Numbered from the stretch's first letter, positions 41,601 through 52,310 are shown. The stretch is 64,000 nt of DNA from Salinimicrobium sp. (GCA_964228865.1 CAXRAI010000016.1:54440-118439); one strand, 5' to 3'. The notes: a model not told the origin generated them from the letters alone. Program-made: numbers and translations.

Positions 41601-42546
41601 TTTCGATGGCCACGTTCAGCCGTTGAATCTCCTGTTGGAGGGCTTCGCCGCCGCCCCCAAGTTTGTCCTGGATCTGCTTGACCAGTTCAGCGATGGCATC
41701 GTCAAGGCGGATCAATTGCTTGGCGGCTTGAGCGACGTCTGCCTCAAGCGCGCTGGCTTCCTCGATGTTGCGAGCAACCTCACGGCGTTGATGTTCGATG
41801 GTGCCTTCCTGACCGGCAAGGCGAGCCCGCCAAAGCCTGGCGCGGGCGGTCAAAAGGTCCTCCCGGATCTTGAGGGCCTTCTCAGCATCCTTCTTTTCCT
41901 CAACAAGGTCGGCGAGGTGCCGTTGTTGCTCTTGTTCGATCATCGCGATGCGTTCGAGGTATTCCTCCACCTGCTTCCGTTGACGGTCCGCCTTGCGAAT
42001 TTCCTCGTCGTAGGACGTCACGCCAGCGACATCGTCGAGCACCTTTCGTCGCTCACCTGAACTCATCTTTGAGAGGCTGGTCACGTCACCTTGGAGCACG
42101 ATGTTGTAACCGTCAGGTCGGGCATTGGCCGCTCCGAGAAGACGGTGGAAGGCCTTGAGCGAGGATTCCTCCCCGTTCAGGTGGTATTCGGTCACGACGT
42201 TTCCGGCAGGCGTCAAACGAACGCGCTTCGACATGGTGATTTCGTCCAAATCGAGGGGGAGGCGGCGAAGGCCCCCTTCCATCGCAGGATTCGCAAAGAC
42301 CAGCGTGACGGCACATCCCTTTGCTGGACGGCTGTTTTTACCACCGTTGAAGATCAAGTCCTTGGAATTCTGAGCCCGCAAGGTCTTGGCCGATTTGGGA
42401 CCAAGAACGAATTGAATGGCATCTCCGCTGTTCGATTTTCCGGAGCCGTTTGGGCCTGTGATGGCCGTGAATCCACGTCCAAAGGGAATGCGAACTTCCC
42501 CCTTGAACGACTTGAAATCAACCATCACGAGTTCCTTGAGGTACAT
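38689..42546 (-). CDS. smc: Chromosome segregation protein SMC
   Basis: FKSF, GPNGSGKSN, VLQGDV, hinge (GRATFLPLN, GGAMTGG), LSGGE and FDEVD, with long coiled coils. Start is MYLKEL at 42546. Confidence 0.98.
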   Translation of the reverse strand: MYLKELVMVDFKSFKGEVRIPFGRGFTAITGPNGSGKSNSGDAIQFVLGPKSAKTLRAQNSKDLIFNGGKNSRPAKGCAVTLVFANPAMEGGLRRLPLDLDEITMSKRVRLTPAGNVVTEYHLNGEESSLKAFHRLLGAANARPDGYNIVLQGDVTSLSKMSSGERRKVLDDVAGVTSYDEEIRKADRQRKQVEEYLERIAMIEQEQQRHLADLVEEKKDAEKALKIREDLLTARARLWRARLAGQEGTIEHQRREVARNIEEASALEADVAQAAKQLIRLDDAIAELVKQIQDKLGGGGEALQQEIQRLNVAIETAADRLSDMATRDEGDAGMRARLEVDLEEASTAAEHAASEVQGAEDALKAAKEALAAASAEEASVRDALEGSTSDVAELARTVQSCEEEIDHARAALANAQSDVDRSATAGELLLEERQKAEEALAGAKMQVAESELQGEEIKAMAEGTDRESLARDLTAAQRKESTLVEEANAVETRLRDVERQLARARAAMESNSGSSGLTGGAAAVLGARDSGELDGIFGTIAELCAPKDEAHSTALSTAIGGGMMSVVVETDEVAAKAIRWLKNNNAGRATFLPLNKINAGRPAGRAVMVARQPGVIGFAHDLLEHDPRIDAAVRFVLRNTLVVDTMATARANMGGVRLITLDGSVAEAGGAMTGGSPRRSRISFGGKIQGASEVDRLSKEVERLRMMSEGVAAKVREAREAQGEVRRRLGDLANNDAASKLASWRSAHAAAKTALGKEEGNLADLVKRLDAFDQEGRRHLALRSQAQQRLTTAIEARDEANQKLQDASPTHLKERLHTAELAKATAEADLQSNEATIRSGKERHALLYGNVEDLTGRLDVLASEAATRATERAKLERSMAENRAVLTEKEEERRSHLEEHQGLEDERIRLVDERSALRAASEQKASDARSRRQHAEELRRLLSTSESHLLEIRSSMVEEGVPETVEDEAPLPTVADGERTVRRLERKIEDIGSVNWRAIEQHAACEERLASLSADHDVLKGRRQDLLDLAEQLDQQRTVRLTQVLSKVNENFKRVYKTLSKGGEGELFLENPEQPFSGGLDMWARPRGKSSRCRLQGLSGGEQSMAALALIFAIQDYDPSPFYYFDEVDQNLDSDNARLIAEMCRARSERAQFIMVTLRKVSLSLADHHIGVTHGGDGCSRRIMDFNRQRALELGEAAEEAAAADAAKNADRAGEAVAFQNAMPEVPESLGTPKSLEGLMARADESADEEAEVREHLEAVREAELDDVAEEAPEDAVLVEAPDEE

Positions 42547-42662
42547 CCCATCCCTCCGGTCCAAATTGGACCTCAGGCCCGTCATCGCGAACGAGGGAAC
42601 TTAAACACTCCGAGAATGAGGCACCGCGAGGCCATCGTTCAGGAATGGAGGGCGCTTCGCCG

Positions 42663-43400
42663 TCACAGGGTTCCAAGCGCGTCGCAGCGGTCGCAACCGG
42701 ACCCCTTGCAGTAGGGGCAGGTGGCCCGGACCAACGGACTCGATCGGGTGCGCATGGGGCGTGTTGGGCCACGAGCAAGGCGGGAATGGCCCTCCGTCGA
42801 ACTGTTCCGGTGAGCATGGACGAACGCCAGCCGGTTTTCGTCGACTTTGGCCCGACGTGATTGCTGGACTTCGGCAAATTCCGATTCTCTATATTTCGGC
42901 CCACGCATCAGCATCATGCCGATGAACGCAACCAGCAATTGGAACAGCCACGCCTGATTGATGAAAGGAACCAATTCAACCAAACCTTCCGAAGAAGCAG
43001 ACCCCGGCAAGAGGGCCAGCCGGTCAAGGATGGCCAGGGAAAACAGCATGGCTCCAGTGATGAACATGACACGCCGGATGCGTTTGGCCATTTTCGGAGA
43101 GCGGGGCATTCGGGCAGTCCCTGCGAGCAACAGGATGCCACCTTCGGCGATCAGCATGAGATCCGCGCCCGTCCACGTGCCGAGTTCGCCGAAGCAATGG
43201 CTTTGCCCAAAGGTCTGCAGATGCGTCCCAATTTGACTGACGCTGCAGCCAGGATCTGACATACGGATGATGTCGAGTTTGGCGTTCGGCGCACCGCTCA
43301 CGAGCATCGGAGCAAGGCTGCCTCGCTCGACGTTGACCCATGCTCCAGCCGCAATGCCTAGGCCAAGCAGCGTGCCGATGCGGCGACGCAACTTCCCCAT
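42663..43400 (-). CDS. Hypothetical membrane protein with C-terminal CxxCxGxG zinc finger
   Basis: About 4 hydrophobic helices; terminal CPYCKGSGCDRCDALG. Confidence 0.75.
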   Translation of the reverse strand: MGKLRRRIGTLLGLGIAAGAWVNVERGSLAPMLVSGAPNAKLDIIRMSDPGCSVSQIGTHLQTFGQSHCFGELGTWTGADLMLIAEGGILLLAGTARMPRSPKMAKRIRRVMFITGAMLFSLAILDRLALLPGSASSEGLVELVPFINQAWLFQLLVAFIGMMLMRGPKYRESEFAEVQQSRRAKVDENRLAFVHAHRNSSTEGHSRLARGPTRPMRTRSSPLVRATCPYCKGSGCDRCDALGTL

Positions 43401-43479
43401 GCGCTGATGTCGAGCACCGCATCAATAGCCCTGTCGGCCTCGCCGATGCGGTCAAAGGGGAAGGGCGGCAGGTCGACCC

Positions 43480-45099
43480 GTGCACGAAGCAGCGCCGGTG
43501 GCGGTGGTCGGCAGCGGCATTGCCGGCTTGTTCTGCGCCCTCCGACTCGCTGAAGGGGGGCGGCAGGTCCAGATCTTCACCAAACGGAGGACACAGGATT
43601 CGTCCACCAACTGGGCGCAGGGGGGCATCGCCGCCATCCTTGACAAAACAGCTCAAGAGGCGATTGAAGCACATGTTCAGGACACCCTTGCGGCAGGCGC
43701 TGGGACGTGCAACGAAGCGGTGGTTCGTTCGGTTGTCAACGAAGCCGGCGATCGAATTCGGGACCTCTTGGACCTCGGCGTGAACTTCCAACGTGAGCCC
43801 GATGGGTCCTTGCATCGGGTGCGTGAAGGAGGCCACAGCAGCCGACGCATCCTTCACGCGAAAGACGCCACGGGGCGTGAAATCGAACGCTCGTTGATCG
43901 AATCGGTCACCGCCCATCCGGGCATCTCCGTACACAGCGACACCATCGTGGTGGACCTCATCCGTCGCGAGCACGCCAACCCTTCGTCTGGCGTGGTGGG
44001 CCTCTGGGTTCAACACGAGGACGATGCGGACGTGCACACCGTTCCTGCATCGGCCATCGTGTTGGCCACGGGAGGTGCGGGTCAACTCTGGGCCCCGACC
44101 ACCAATCCTCCGGTGTCCACCGGAGACGGCTTGGCCATGGCCGCACGCTTCGGAGCCCACGTGAAAGACATGGCCTTCGTGCAGTTCCATCCAACGACCA
44201 TCGAACACCCCTCCAGAACCTTCCTGATCACCGAAGCCCTTCGTGGGGAGGGGGCCGTGTTGCTGGATGACGAAGGCTTGGCGCGTTGGCGGTCGTCTGG
44301 CGATGAAGACCCTGCACCGTACTCCTTCACGCTGAAGGCCTCACCGAAGGGTTCCATGGGAACCCGTGATTTGGTGGCCCGGGCCATCGATGCGAACCTC
44401 AAGCGTTCGGGGCGTGACGCGGTCTGGCTGGTGACAGAACACCTCGATGCTCGCATGCTGAACGACCGTTTCCCAACGATCCAACGCATGCTCGCGGACC
44501 TTGACCTGCAGCTTGGCGTTGACCCCATTCCAGTCCGCCCAGCCGCGCACTACACCGTCGGGGGCGTTGCCGTCGACAGCAACGGACAAGCCATGGACAA
44601 GGAAAGCCGACCGCTTCCAGGCCTGTATGCGATCGGTGAGGTGGCCTGCACAGGCATGCACGGAGCCAACCGACTGGCATCCAACAGCCTGCTGGAGGCC
44701 GTGGTGTATGCGCAACGTACCGCCGCCCACCTGCTTGAATCAGAACCTGCAGCACGTGCGCAAGACCTGCCAGCATGGAGGGCAGACGGTTTGCCACCGG
44801 TCGAAGAGCACGGTGCGTTGGCTCATGATTTGACCAGTTTGCGCGAAACGATGGGGCGTGAAGTGGGCATCATGCGGAGAAACAGACGCCTTGCCCGGGC
44901 ACAACGCCGACTCAACCTTCTGTCGCAAGAGGTGAATCAGACATGGCTGAGATGCAGGCCGACCAAAGACTTGGTCGAGTTGAGAAACATGGTGCAGGTC
45001 GCCATGATGGTGGTGGACGATGCTTCGGCTCAGAAAGAAAACCGTGGTCTGCACTACAACGCGGACCTCACCGGCCCAAGGCCTGAATCAAAGCCGTGA
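43480..45099 (+). CDS. nadB: L-aspartate oxidase
   Basis: GSGIAG, STNWAQGGIA, REGGHS.RRILH..DATG, VQFHPT, LITEALRGEG, PAAHY.VGG and HGANRLASNSLLE. Confidence 0.97.
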   Translation: MHEAAPVAVVGSGIAGLFCALRLAEGGRQVQIFTKRRTQDSSTNWAQGGIAAILDKTAQEAIEAHVQDTLAAGAGTCNEAVVRSVVNEAGDRIRDLLDLGVNFQREPDGSLHRVREGGHSSRRILHAKDATGREIERSLIESVTAHPGISVHSDTIVVDLIRREHANPSSGVVGLWVQHEDDADVHTVPASAIVLATGGAGQLWAPTTNPPVSTGDGLAMAARFGAHVKDMAFVQFHPTTIEHPSRTFLITEALRGEGAVLLDDEGLARWRSSGDEDPAPYSFTLKASPKGSMGTRDLVARAIDANLKRSGRDAVWLVTEHLDARMLNDRFPTIQRMLADLDLQLGVDPIPVRPAAHYTVGGVAVDSNGQAMDKESRPLPGLYAIGEVACTGMHGANRLASNSLLEAVVYAQRTAAHLLESEPAARAQDLPAWRADGLPPVEEHGALAHDLTSLRETMGREVGIMRRNRRLARAQRRLNLLSQEVNQTWLRCRPTKDLVELRNMVQVAMMVVDDASAQKENRGLHYNADLTGPRPESKP

Positions 45100-45991
45100 C
45101 CTGGGCATTTTGCGTGGCCATCAAACCATGCTGTTCAGCCAAATTGACGATAAATCCGTTCAGTGCATCGATTTCTGTGGGCCGTCCAGCCCTCACGTCT
45201 TCGAGCATGGAGCACCTGTTTTCGGAAGTGGCGTCCAAGACGTCCACCAAGGTCGTCACCAATTCGTCCATGTCGGGCACGTTCACGCCTTGGCGGCGAC
45301 CCACTTGCTCTGCCTCCATCAGCAGACCAACGGCAGCATCGAACAGGGGCGTGTGAAGCATCTCTCCGTTGCGTACACCGGCCAAAGCACACAACGGATT
45401 GATCGCGATGTTCAGCAAAGCCTTGCTCCAAATTTGCCGGCGAGCGTCCTCGACCACCCTGGCCGACAAGCCTGACGCATTCAGGCTGAGGGCCAAGGCT
45501 TCCACGGCCGCGACAGGTGCGCCCGCAGGCCAAGCACCCAACGCAACCTCTCCACGCCCCGTCCAGACCGAGGTGCTGCCTTCTCCTCGCATCGCGCCAT
45601 GGGTCGAACTTGCCGCGATGATGCGCCCCGGTAGAGCACGTGCAAGCCGTTCGACCACACCCAACCCGTTGCCAAGGTAAGCCACGGCACCCTCACGCCC
45701 GAGAAGGCCGGGCAAAATGGGCAACAGGGCATCCACCTGATGCGCCTTGACACAAAGCAGCACGACGTCCAAGCTCAGCGTGGGCGTCGATGCACCCGGT
45801 GCATCGAGAAGGTGCACCTGCTCTGCGGGCAGAACAACCTCAACGTCGGCATGCCCCGTGACCTTCAGACCCGTGGCCAACACGTGAGCCCCACGTGATC
45901 CTCGGGTCAACACGTGGACCTCATGGTGCTGTGCCAGATGGGCGGCGAACAGCCCACCTGTGGCGCCAAGACCGATCACGCCCATCTGCAC
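45068..45991 (-). CDS. panE: 2-dehydropantoate 2-reductase (ketopantoate reductase)
   Basis: IGLGATG, CVKA, NGLG, IWSKALLNIAINPL and N.CSMLED...GRPTEIDALNG. Confidence 0.93.
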   Translation of the reverse strand: MQMGVIGLGATGGLFAAHLAQHHEVHVLTRGSRGAHVLATGLKVTGHADVEVVLPAEQVHLLDAPGASTPTLSLDVVLLCVKAHQVDALLPILPGLLGREGAVAYLGNGLGVVERLARALPGRIIAASSTHGAMRGEGSTSVWTGRGEVALGAWPAGAPVAAVEALALSLNASGLSARVVEDARRQIWSKALLNIAINPLCALAGVRNGEMLHTPLFDAAVGLLMEAEQVGRRQGVNVPDMDELVTTLVDVLDATSENRCSMLEDVRAGRPTEIDALNGFIVNLAEQHGLMATQNAQVTALIQALGR

Positions 45992-45993
45992 CG

Positions 45994-48471
45994 TCAGGCC
46001 TCCAATGAGGACAACCGAAGGAGGACACGCCCGTCAAGGTGGTCGAATTCGAAACTCGAGGTCCCAGACCCTGGAGGGACCAAGGTCAGAACCGTCGTGC
46101 CGTTGACGAGGGCAGCGGGAGCGGTGAGCTCCCAGGCGGGCCCGCTTCCGGCGAGGACCACGTTCAGGGCAAGTTCCTGATCCGCCTCGAGGTGGAGTTC
46201 CAGCGCCCCTGTATCGTTCAGCGCCATGCCCGCGAGGGCACGGCCGTCGTGGTACACGCCACCCACACCAATCCATCGACGTTCAACCTGCGGGAACGAC
46301 AGCCGAACGTCGGGACCTCGCTCAAGCCGGTAGGTGGCTGGCGAAGCCTCCCCAAGGGGGCAATGGAGCAACTCACCGTCAGCAGGGGCACGCAAGGTGA
46401 GGACCTCTCCTTCGGCCACGGTGGGCATGGCTCCAGCACCACGGACCTCCAAGTCCCATACCCAGCCTTGTTCGCCACGAGGAGGCGTGGCTTCTGGGGA
46501 AAGGTCCGCGCATGAATCGCGATCCAAGTGAAGGCTTCCTCCTGCCTCAAGACCAGCCCCCCAACCTTCGGAAGTCACGTTCCATCCGTCGTCGTCGAAA
46601 GCAAGGCGAGCAACCATGTTGGCGGGCGAGAGCACGAAGGTGGAGGAGTCGATCGTCAGGTGGCTCGGCGGGGTGTGCTTCAGCAGCATGGGGTCTGCAC
46701 TGCGAAGGCAGTGCGACGTGGGGGCGGTTGAGTTCAGCGCTTGCGTGCCGCTCTCGGTCCACCACACAGCGCGTTCATCGTGCACGTATTCGGGGAGGCT
46801 GAAGTTTGCGTGAGCACCTTCAGCGGCCGTCACATCAACGCACACGAGGAGGCCCGCTTCGTCCGAGGTGAGGTTCCACTGGGGCGTTGACGGATACACG
46901 GGAAGGTCCGGTTGAAGCGGAGCAGCCCATTGGATGGCACCGCCTGAAACGCTGAGGGCATCGCCGGTCGGCGTGCCCTCACCCACCCATGAAGCATTGA
47001 GACGAAGCGCAGTGTTCCGTCCGGCGCCGACCTCAACGCCGCAACGTTCCCCTTCACCGGTCGTGCAGCCTTCCCATGAAGCCGACCAAGATGGACCGAT
47101 GACGAGGCCGAGGTCAATCGTCTGGTCGAGCAACGACGGGTTGAGCACGCTCATGTTGATCGAGGCCGTCCAGACGCCTTCAACATCCACCACATCAACG
47201 ACCTCAGGGGCATCGAGGGTCATGTCCGCATCCCAATCGGCGTGGGCGATGAGTGGCGTTTCTGAAGGCAGTGCCACAAGCAGGAGAAGCACCCACACAA
47301 GACCCATGGCGAAATGCTGCTGCTCAGGGACAGGCTTGGTGTCGTCGAGGACCATCGGCCACCGGCGATCGGAACCCATCAGCAAGGTCAGCGTGAGGAT
47401 GACAGGGAGCACGATCGACCACACGGAAAAACGGGTGAACACGGAAAAGAGAACAGCTCCGAGCGCAAAGGCGAACAGCAGCAGCATTTGGGTCTGCGTG
47501 GTCCGAACTTCGCTCATGCCCAAGCGTGCCACGTGAAGGCGACCACCCGGGAAAGTAGGCACATGCAGCAGGGAAACCCACGCCAGGAAGGTCAGCGTCG
47601 CCCCGGCCCAAACCAGGGGACTGGCCCACGCAGCCCGCAAGGACAAGTCCGTCCTCAACAAGCCGTCCATCATCCCGAGGAACCAACCCGGGTCATGGCT
47701 GACAGGGAGGGCTGAGACGCTGCTTGCTGCAGGCGTCAGCAACCACCCCAGCATCCACAGGCCTAATCCACCGAGGATCAGGACGCCTGGTGCGCTCAAG
47801 GCCGTCCAACCAAGGGAGGCACGATCGGGCCATGGACGTGCATCCATTCGTGGCAAGGTGGGCAGCACGAAGATGCCGAACGGCCACACGAGCCATGCCG
47901 CGGGAAGTGCTCCCGTCGCCCAAAGCAGGATGGAAGGGTCGGGAACAGGCACAATCGGTCCAACGCGCACGCCGCGGGAACGAGCCACAGCAACCTGAAC
48001 GAGGGACGCCAAGGCCACCAACCCGAGCACTGGAAGGGCCGTGAGCAGGAAAGCGTCAGCGAGCCCTGACGAGGAGATGACGCCTTCAGCGGGTCGGCTT
48101 GCCTTGGTCCCAACAAACCCTGCCATGGTCAGCGTGCACGCCGAGACCGCCCACAGGCAGAGGATCCAGGCACGACCGAGGAACTGGCCTCGTGGCAAGG
48201 GGAGGATTTGCAAGACCAGAGGACGACCCCCTCGAAGGCGAGCCATCCACCCAAGTTCACTCAATTCATCGTTGAACTGGACCATCGAGGCGGACACCGT
48301 GGCGTCGGCTTCCTCTTCAAGTTCCCAAGCAGGAAGGCGATCGCCGACTTGGGCGCCCAAAGCAAAGTGACGCCGAGCGATGTGCTCGAGGAATTCACGC
48401 TGGGACCACGCCTTGGGGTGCACCGGCAAGGGGTCAGGCGCATCGTCCTCGAAGCGTACCTCATCTTCCAT
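45994..48471 (-). CDS. Site-2-protease (M50)-like multi-pass membrane protein, catalytic motifs lost, with large C-terminal ectodomain
   Basis: The TM pattern aligns by eye with archaeal M50, but HExxH reads ASLVQ and NxxPxxxxDGG reads SLLHVPTFPGG. ATG 48471 follows GGAGG. Confidence 0.7.
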   Translation of the reverse strand: MEDEVRFEDDAPDPLPVHPKAWSQREFLEHIARRHFALGAQVGDRLPAWELEEEADATVSASMVQFNDELSELGWMARLRGGRPLVLQILPLPRGQFLGRAWILCLWAVSACTLTMAGFVGTKASRPAEGVISSSGLADAFLLTALPVLGLVALASLVQVAVARSRGVRVGPIVPVPDPSILLWATGALPAAWLVWPFGIFVLPTLPRMDARPWPDRASLGWTALSAPGVLILGGLGLWMLGWLLTPAASSVSALPVSHDPGWFLGMMDGLLRTDLSLRAAWASPLVWAGATLTFLAWVSLLHVPTFPGGRLHVARLGMSEVRTTQTQMLLLFAFALGAVLFSVFTRFSVWSIVLPVILTLTLLMGSDRRWPMVLDDTKPVPEQQHFAMGLVWVLLLLVALPSETPLIAHADWDADMTLDAPEVVDVVDVEGVWTASINMSVLNPSLLDQTIDLGLVIGPSWSASWEGCTTGEGERCGVEVGAGRNTALRLNASWVGEGTPTGDALSVSGGAIQWAAPLQPDLPVYPSTPQWNLTSDEAGLLVCVDVTAAEGAHANFSLPEYVHDERAVWWTESGTQALNSTAPTSHCLRSADPMLLKHTPPSHLTIDSSTFVLSPANMVARLAFDDDGWNVTSEGWGAGLEAGGSLHLDRDSCADLSPEATPPRGEQGWVWDLEVRGAGAMPTVAEGEVLTLRAPADGELLHCPLGEASPATYRLERGPDVRLSFPQVERRWIGVGGVYHDGRALAGMALNDTGALELHLEADQELALNVVLAGSGPAWELTAPAALVNGTTVLTLVPPGSGTSSFEFDHLDGRVLLRLSSLEA

Positions 48472-48545
48472 CAGGCCGCCTCCTTGACTTTCTGTGACCC
48501 ACGGTCCGCCTTGAATCAACCCCTTTGGGCTGAAGCGGGCTCGGC

Positions 48546-49163
48546 TCACTTGTTCTTGAATCGCTTGAGCCTGAAGGTCTCTTCACGTTCCATCTCTTCA
48601 AGACGGAGTTTGATGAACACCTGGGCCTCCTCAAGTTCGGGGATGACCTTGAACTCGAGCGCGTTGACACGGCGCTTGGTGGCCTCGATTTCTTCGAGCA
48701 GCCGCTTCAGCGTGGCCTCCATTTCGGCGGCCTTGACCATCTTCTCAATGAGGTCGCCGAAGGCATCGCTTGCTTCGTCGATGTAGGGGCTCGAACCGAT
48801 GAAACCAACACCGCGCTCGGCGAAGGTGGAGCGAAGGTTGCTGCCGCTCACGTTGGGCACCACGACGCCCATGATGTTGCGCCGCTCAACCTCGACTTCG
48901 GGGTGAGCAGAGTTGGCGATCGCCGCGGCGCGGACCGCCAAACCGCCTTCGATGGCGTTGGCCAAATCCATGCGTGTCTTGGCCAAGCGGTAGGCTTCGG
49001 TCAATTCTCGCTTCGCCGCAATCATCTCCGTCAGGAGGGTGCGGAACTCGTGAAACAGGCCATCGCGCTTCATCTTCAGCAGTTTGTACCCGTTTCGGGT
49101 CTGCTTGATCCGTCCCTTGAGCTTGATCAGCTCACTGCGGGTCGGCTTGATGTCGAGCGCCAT
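48546..49163 (-). CDS. atpD: A/V-type ATP synthase subunit D
   Basis: KPTRSELIKLK, LLKMKRDGL, TKRRVNALE and EREE.FRLK. Confidence 0.97.
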   Translation of the reverse strand: MALDIKPTRSELIKLKGRIKQTRNGYKLLKMKRDGLFHEFRTLLTEMIAAKRELTEAYRLAKTRMDLANAIEGGLAVRAAAIANSAHPEVEVERRNIMGVVVPNVSGSNLRSTFAERGVGFIGSSPYIDEASDAFGDLIEKMVKAAEMEATLKRLLEEIEATKRRVNALEFKVIPELEEAQVFIKLRLEEMEREETFRLKRFKNK

Positions 49164-49178
49164 GTTTCCTCACCTCGT

Positions 49179-50558
49179 TCAGCTGCGGTTCTCGGGGTGG
49201 TACTTCGCGATGAGTTCCTCGTCAAGGCGCACGAGGTACTTCGTGTCGATGTTGGACATGAGTTCCCAGCACAGGTCGAGCGTCTCATCGATGGAGCGGT
49301 CCTCGTCACGGCTCTGGCGGAGGAAACGGTCTTCGAAGATGGCGGAGAAGTCGAGCAGTTGCTTGTCACGCTCGTTCAGCGCATCTTCACCGACGATGGC
49401 CACCAGACCGCGGAGTTCGCGGCCCTGCGCATACGCGGCGTACATCTGGTCGCTGACCTTCTTGTGGTCGTCGCGCGTGGTCTTTTCACCGATGCACGAA
49501 CCCATCAGGCGAGACAGGGACGGCAGCACGTTGATCGGCGGGTAGATGCCCTGCTGGTGGAGCTCACGGGAAATCACGATTTGACCTTCGGTGATGTATC
49601 CGGAGAGGTCAGGAATTGGGTGCGTGATGTCGTCACCGGGCATGGTGAGAATGGGGAACTGCGTGATGGACCCTTTCTTGCCCTTCACGATGCCCGCACG
49701 CTCGTAGAGCATGGCCAAGTCGGTGTACATGTAACCGGGATAACCACGGCGGCCGGGAACTTCTTCACGGGCGGCACCGATTTGACGGAGTGCGTCGCAG
49801 TAGTTCGTCATGTCCGTGTAGATGACCAGCACGTGGTAGTCCTGCTCGAAGGCGAGGTATTCTGCGGCGGTCAACGCGAGACGGGGCGTAATGATCCGCT
49901 CGACGGCCGGGTCGTCCGCGAGGTTGACGAACAGCACAGCGTTCTCCAGAGCACCGGTGCGCTCGAGGTCAGAACGGAAGAAATTGTACTCTTCAGCGGT
50001 GATGCCCATGGCACAGAACACGACGATGAACTCCTCATCGCTGTCCTTGAGTTTCGCCTGACGGGCAATCTGCAGCGCGATGTCGTTGTGGGGAAGACCC
50101 GACGCCGAGAAAATCGGCAACTTCTGGCCGCGCACGAGCGTGGTGCAGCAGTCGATGGCAGAGATGCCGGTCTGAATGAAGTCGTGGGGACTCTGTCGGC
50201 TGTACGGGTTGATGGCTGCACCGATGATGTCGGCCTTCTCGTCCGCGACAATTTCGGGGCCGCCGTCACGAGGACGACCGGCACCGTCGAGGATGCGACC
50301 GACCAGGTCGGTGCTGACGGGGAGCTTGAACACGTCACCAAGGAAGGTCACGCCAGCTTGGCGGTCGACCTTTGCGGTGCCTTCGAACACCTGCACGACG
50401 ACCATGTCGTCGGACGTGTCAAGCACCTGGCCGTTCTTGATGTCCCCGTTGGAGAGACGAAGCGACACGATCTCGCCGTAGGCGACGGGTTCGGTTTTGT
50501 TCAGGAACACAAGCGGTCCCTTGACGTCGGTGATGGTACGGTATTCCTTTCCTGCCAT
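49179..50558 (-). CDS. atpB: A/V-type ATP synthase subunit B
   Basis: [32 protein letters not shown] and [14 protein letters not shown]. Confidence 0.98.
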   Translation of the reverse strand: MAGKEYRTITDVKGPLVFLNKTEPVAYGEIVSLRLSNGDIKNGQVLDTSDDMVVVQVFEGTAKVDRQAGVTFLGDVFKLPVSTDLVGRILDGAGRPRDGGPEIVADEKADIIGAAINPYSRQSPHDFIQTGISAIDCCTTLVRGQKLPIFSASGLPHNDIALQIARQAKLKDSDEEFIVVFCAMGITAEEYNFFRSDLERTGALENAVLFVNLADDPAVERIITPRLALTAAEYLAFEQDYHVLVIYTDMTNYCDALRQIGAAREEVPGRRGYPGYMYTDLAMLYERAGIVKGKKGSITQFPILTMPGDDITHPIPDLSGYITEGQIVISRELHQQGIYPPINVLPSLSRLMGSCIGEKTTRDDHKKVSDQMYAAYAQGRELRGLVAIVGEDALNERDKQLLDFSAIFEDRFLRQSRDEDRSIDETLDLCWELMSNIDTKYLVRLDEELIAKYHPENRS

Positions 50559-50570
50559 GATGATCCCTCC

Positions 50571-52310
50571 TCAGTTCTCCTCCACGGTGGCTTCAATTTC
50601 ATCCACCATCGCCTTGACCATGCCGTCGATGCGGTCGATGTAGCCCTCTTCGAAACGGCCACGCAGAAGCGCGGACCGCGCGGGCACGTTGACCACGTCG
50701 GAGAGCGCGGAGCCGGCACCCATGGCCGACTTCGCCGCGTCTTGGAAGGTCAGCACGGCCTTGGCCATGCGGTACTGCAGGTTGATGTCACAGTAGGCGT
50801 CGATGGGGTCGAAGCCGTTCTGCTGCAGGAAGTACTCGCGGATCATGCGAGCGACTTCGAGCGTCAACTGCTGATCGACCGGCAGCGCGTCGGAACCGAC
50901 GAGCTGCACAATCTCTTGCAGTTCAGCCTCAATCTGAAGCAGACCGGAGATGGCGGTTCGAATCTCGGGGAAGTCCTGCCCGATGTTGTCGCGGTACCAC
51001 TGGTCGAGGGACGGTGGGTACAGCGAGTAGGAGTTCAGCCAGTTGATGGCGGGGAAGTGGCGCTGTCGGGCCAGACCCGCGTCGAGGCCCCAGAACACCT
51101 TGACGATGCGCAGGGTACCTTGGCTGACCGGCTCGGAAATGTCGCCACCGGGGGGTGACACCGCACCGATGGCGGTCACGGAGCCGTCCTCACCAGAGAG
51201 GGTGTTGACACGGCCAGCTCGCTCGTAGAACTCGGCGATGCGGGACGAGAGGTACGCAGGGTAGCCTTCCTCACCAGGCATTTCTTCCAGACGGGAGGAA
51301 ATCTCACGCATGGCCTCGGCCCAACGGGAGGTCGAGTCGGCCATGAGGGCCACGTCGTAGCCCATGTCACGGAAGTACTCGGCGATGGTGATGCCGGTGT
51401 ACACCGACGCTTCACGGGCGGCCACAGGCATGTTCGAGGTGTTTGCGATCATGACGGTGCGGTTCATCAGCGGCTTGCCGGTGTTGGGGTCGATGAGGTG
51501 AGGGAACTCGTCCAGCACTTCGGTCATCTCGTTTCCACGCTCACCGCAGCCGATGTAGACCACGATCTGCGCGTCGGAGTACTTCGCAAGGGACTGCTGG
51601 GTGACCGTCTTACCGGACCCGAAGGGACCGGGGATACCGGCTGCACCGCCCTTGGCGAGCGGGAACAGGAAGTCGAGGATGCGCATTCCGGTGATGAGCG
51701 GGGTGTCGGGCGCGTACTTCGTCTGGTAGGGGCGGGGTGAGCGAACCGGCCACTTCTGCATCATCTGAATCTCGGTGCCGTCCTCGAGGGTGGCGACCGT
51801 TTGCGTGACGTTGAAGTCGCCGCTCTCGATGCTCTTGATGGTTCCAGAAACGTTGGGCGGGACCATGATCTTGTGGACGATGGTTTCGGTTTCCTGCACG
51901 TGTCCGATGACGTTCCCGCCAGAAACCTCGTCGCCAACGGAAGCCACCGGCTCAAAGGTCCAGGTCTTCTCCATGTCGAAGGCGTCGGCGTCGACACCAC
52001 GGGTGATGAAGAAACCCATCTGCTCCTCAAGGGTCTGGAGCGGGCGCTGGATACCGTCGTAGATCTGAGTGAGCAGACCAGGTCCAAGCGCCACAGAGAG
52101 GGTCTCCTGCGTGTTCAGCACAGGTTCACCCGGGCGGATGCCGGAGGTGTCTTCGTACACTTGGATGACCGACTGGTCGCCGTGAATCTCGATCACTTCG
52201 CCCATCAGGCCTTCATCGCCGACACGTACGACGTCGTACATGGCAGCACTCATGCCTTTGGCCGTGACCACAGGTCCGGAAATGCGGTAGATTTGTCCTT
52301 CGTTGCTCAT
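50571..52310 (-). CDS. atpA: A/V-type ATP synthase subunit A
   Basis: [29 protein letters not shown] and [11 protein letters not shown]. Confidence 0.98.
   Translation of the reverse strand: MSNEGQIYRISGPVVTAKGMSAAMYDVVRVGDEGLMGEVIEIHGDQSVIQVYEDTSGIRPGEPVLNTQETLSVALGPGLLTQIYDGIQRPLQTLEEQMGFFITRGVDADAFDMEKTWTFEPVASVGDEVSGGNVIGHVQETETIVHKIMVPPNVSGTIKSIESGDFNVTQTVATLEDGTEIQMMQKWPVRSPRPYQTKYAPDTPLITGMRILDFLFPLAKGGAAGIPGPFGSGKTVTQQSLAKYSDAQIVVYIGCGERGNEMTEVLDEFPHLIDPNTGKPLMNRTVMIANTSNMPVAAREASVYTGITIAEYFRDMGYDVALMADSTSRWAEAMREISSRLEEMPGEEGYPAYLSSRIAEFYERAGRVNTLSGEDGSVTAIGAVSPPGGDISEPVSQGTLRIVKVFWGLDAGLARQRHFPAINWLNSYSLYPPSLDQWYRDNIGQDFPEIRTAISGLLQIEAELQEIVQLVGSDALPVDQQLTLEVARMIREYFLQQNGFDPIDAYCDINLQYRMAKAVLTFQDAAKSAMGAGSALSDVVNVPARSALLRGRFEEGYIDRIDGMVKAMVDEIEATVEEN

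Noticed and set aside
48903..51158. 751-aa plus-strand ORF, and similar long ORFs such as 54865-56454, 9036-9920 and 60286-61329
   Set aside because: These are antisense shadows of well-conserved genes (atpA/B/D, atpI, gyrB, pilin-like). They are expected from high-GC codon bias and show no recognisable motifs.
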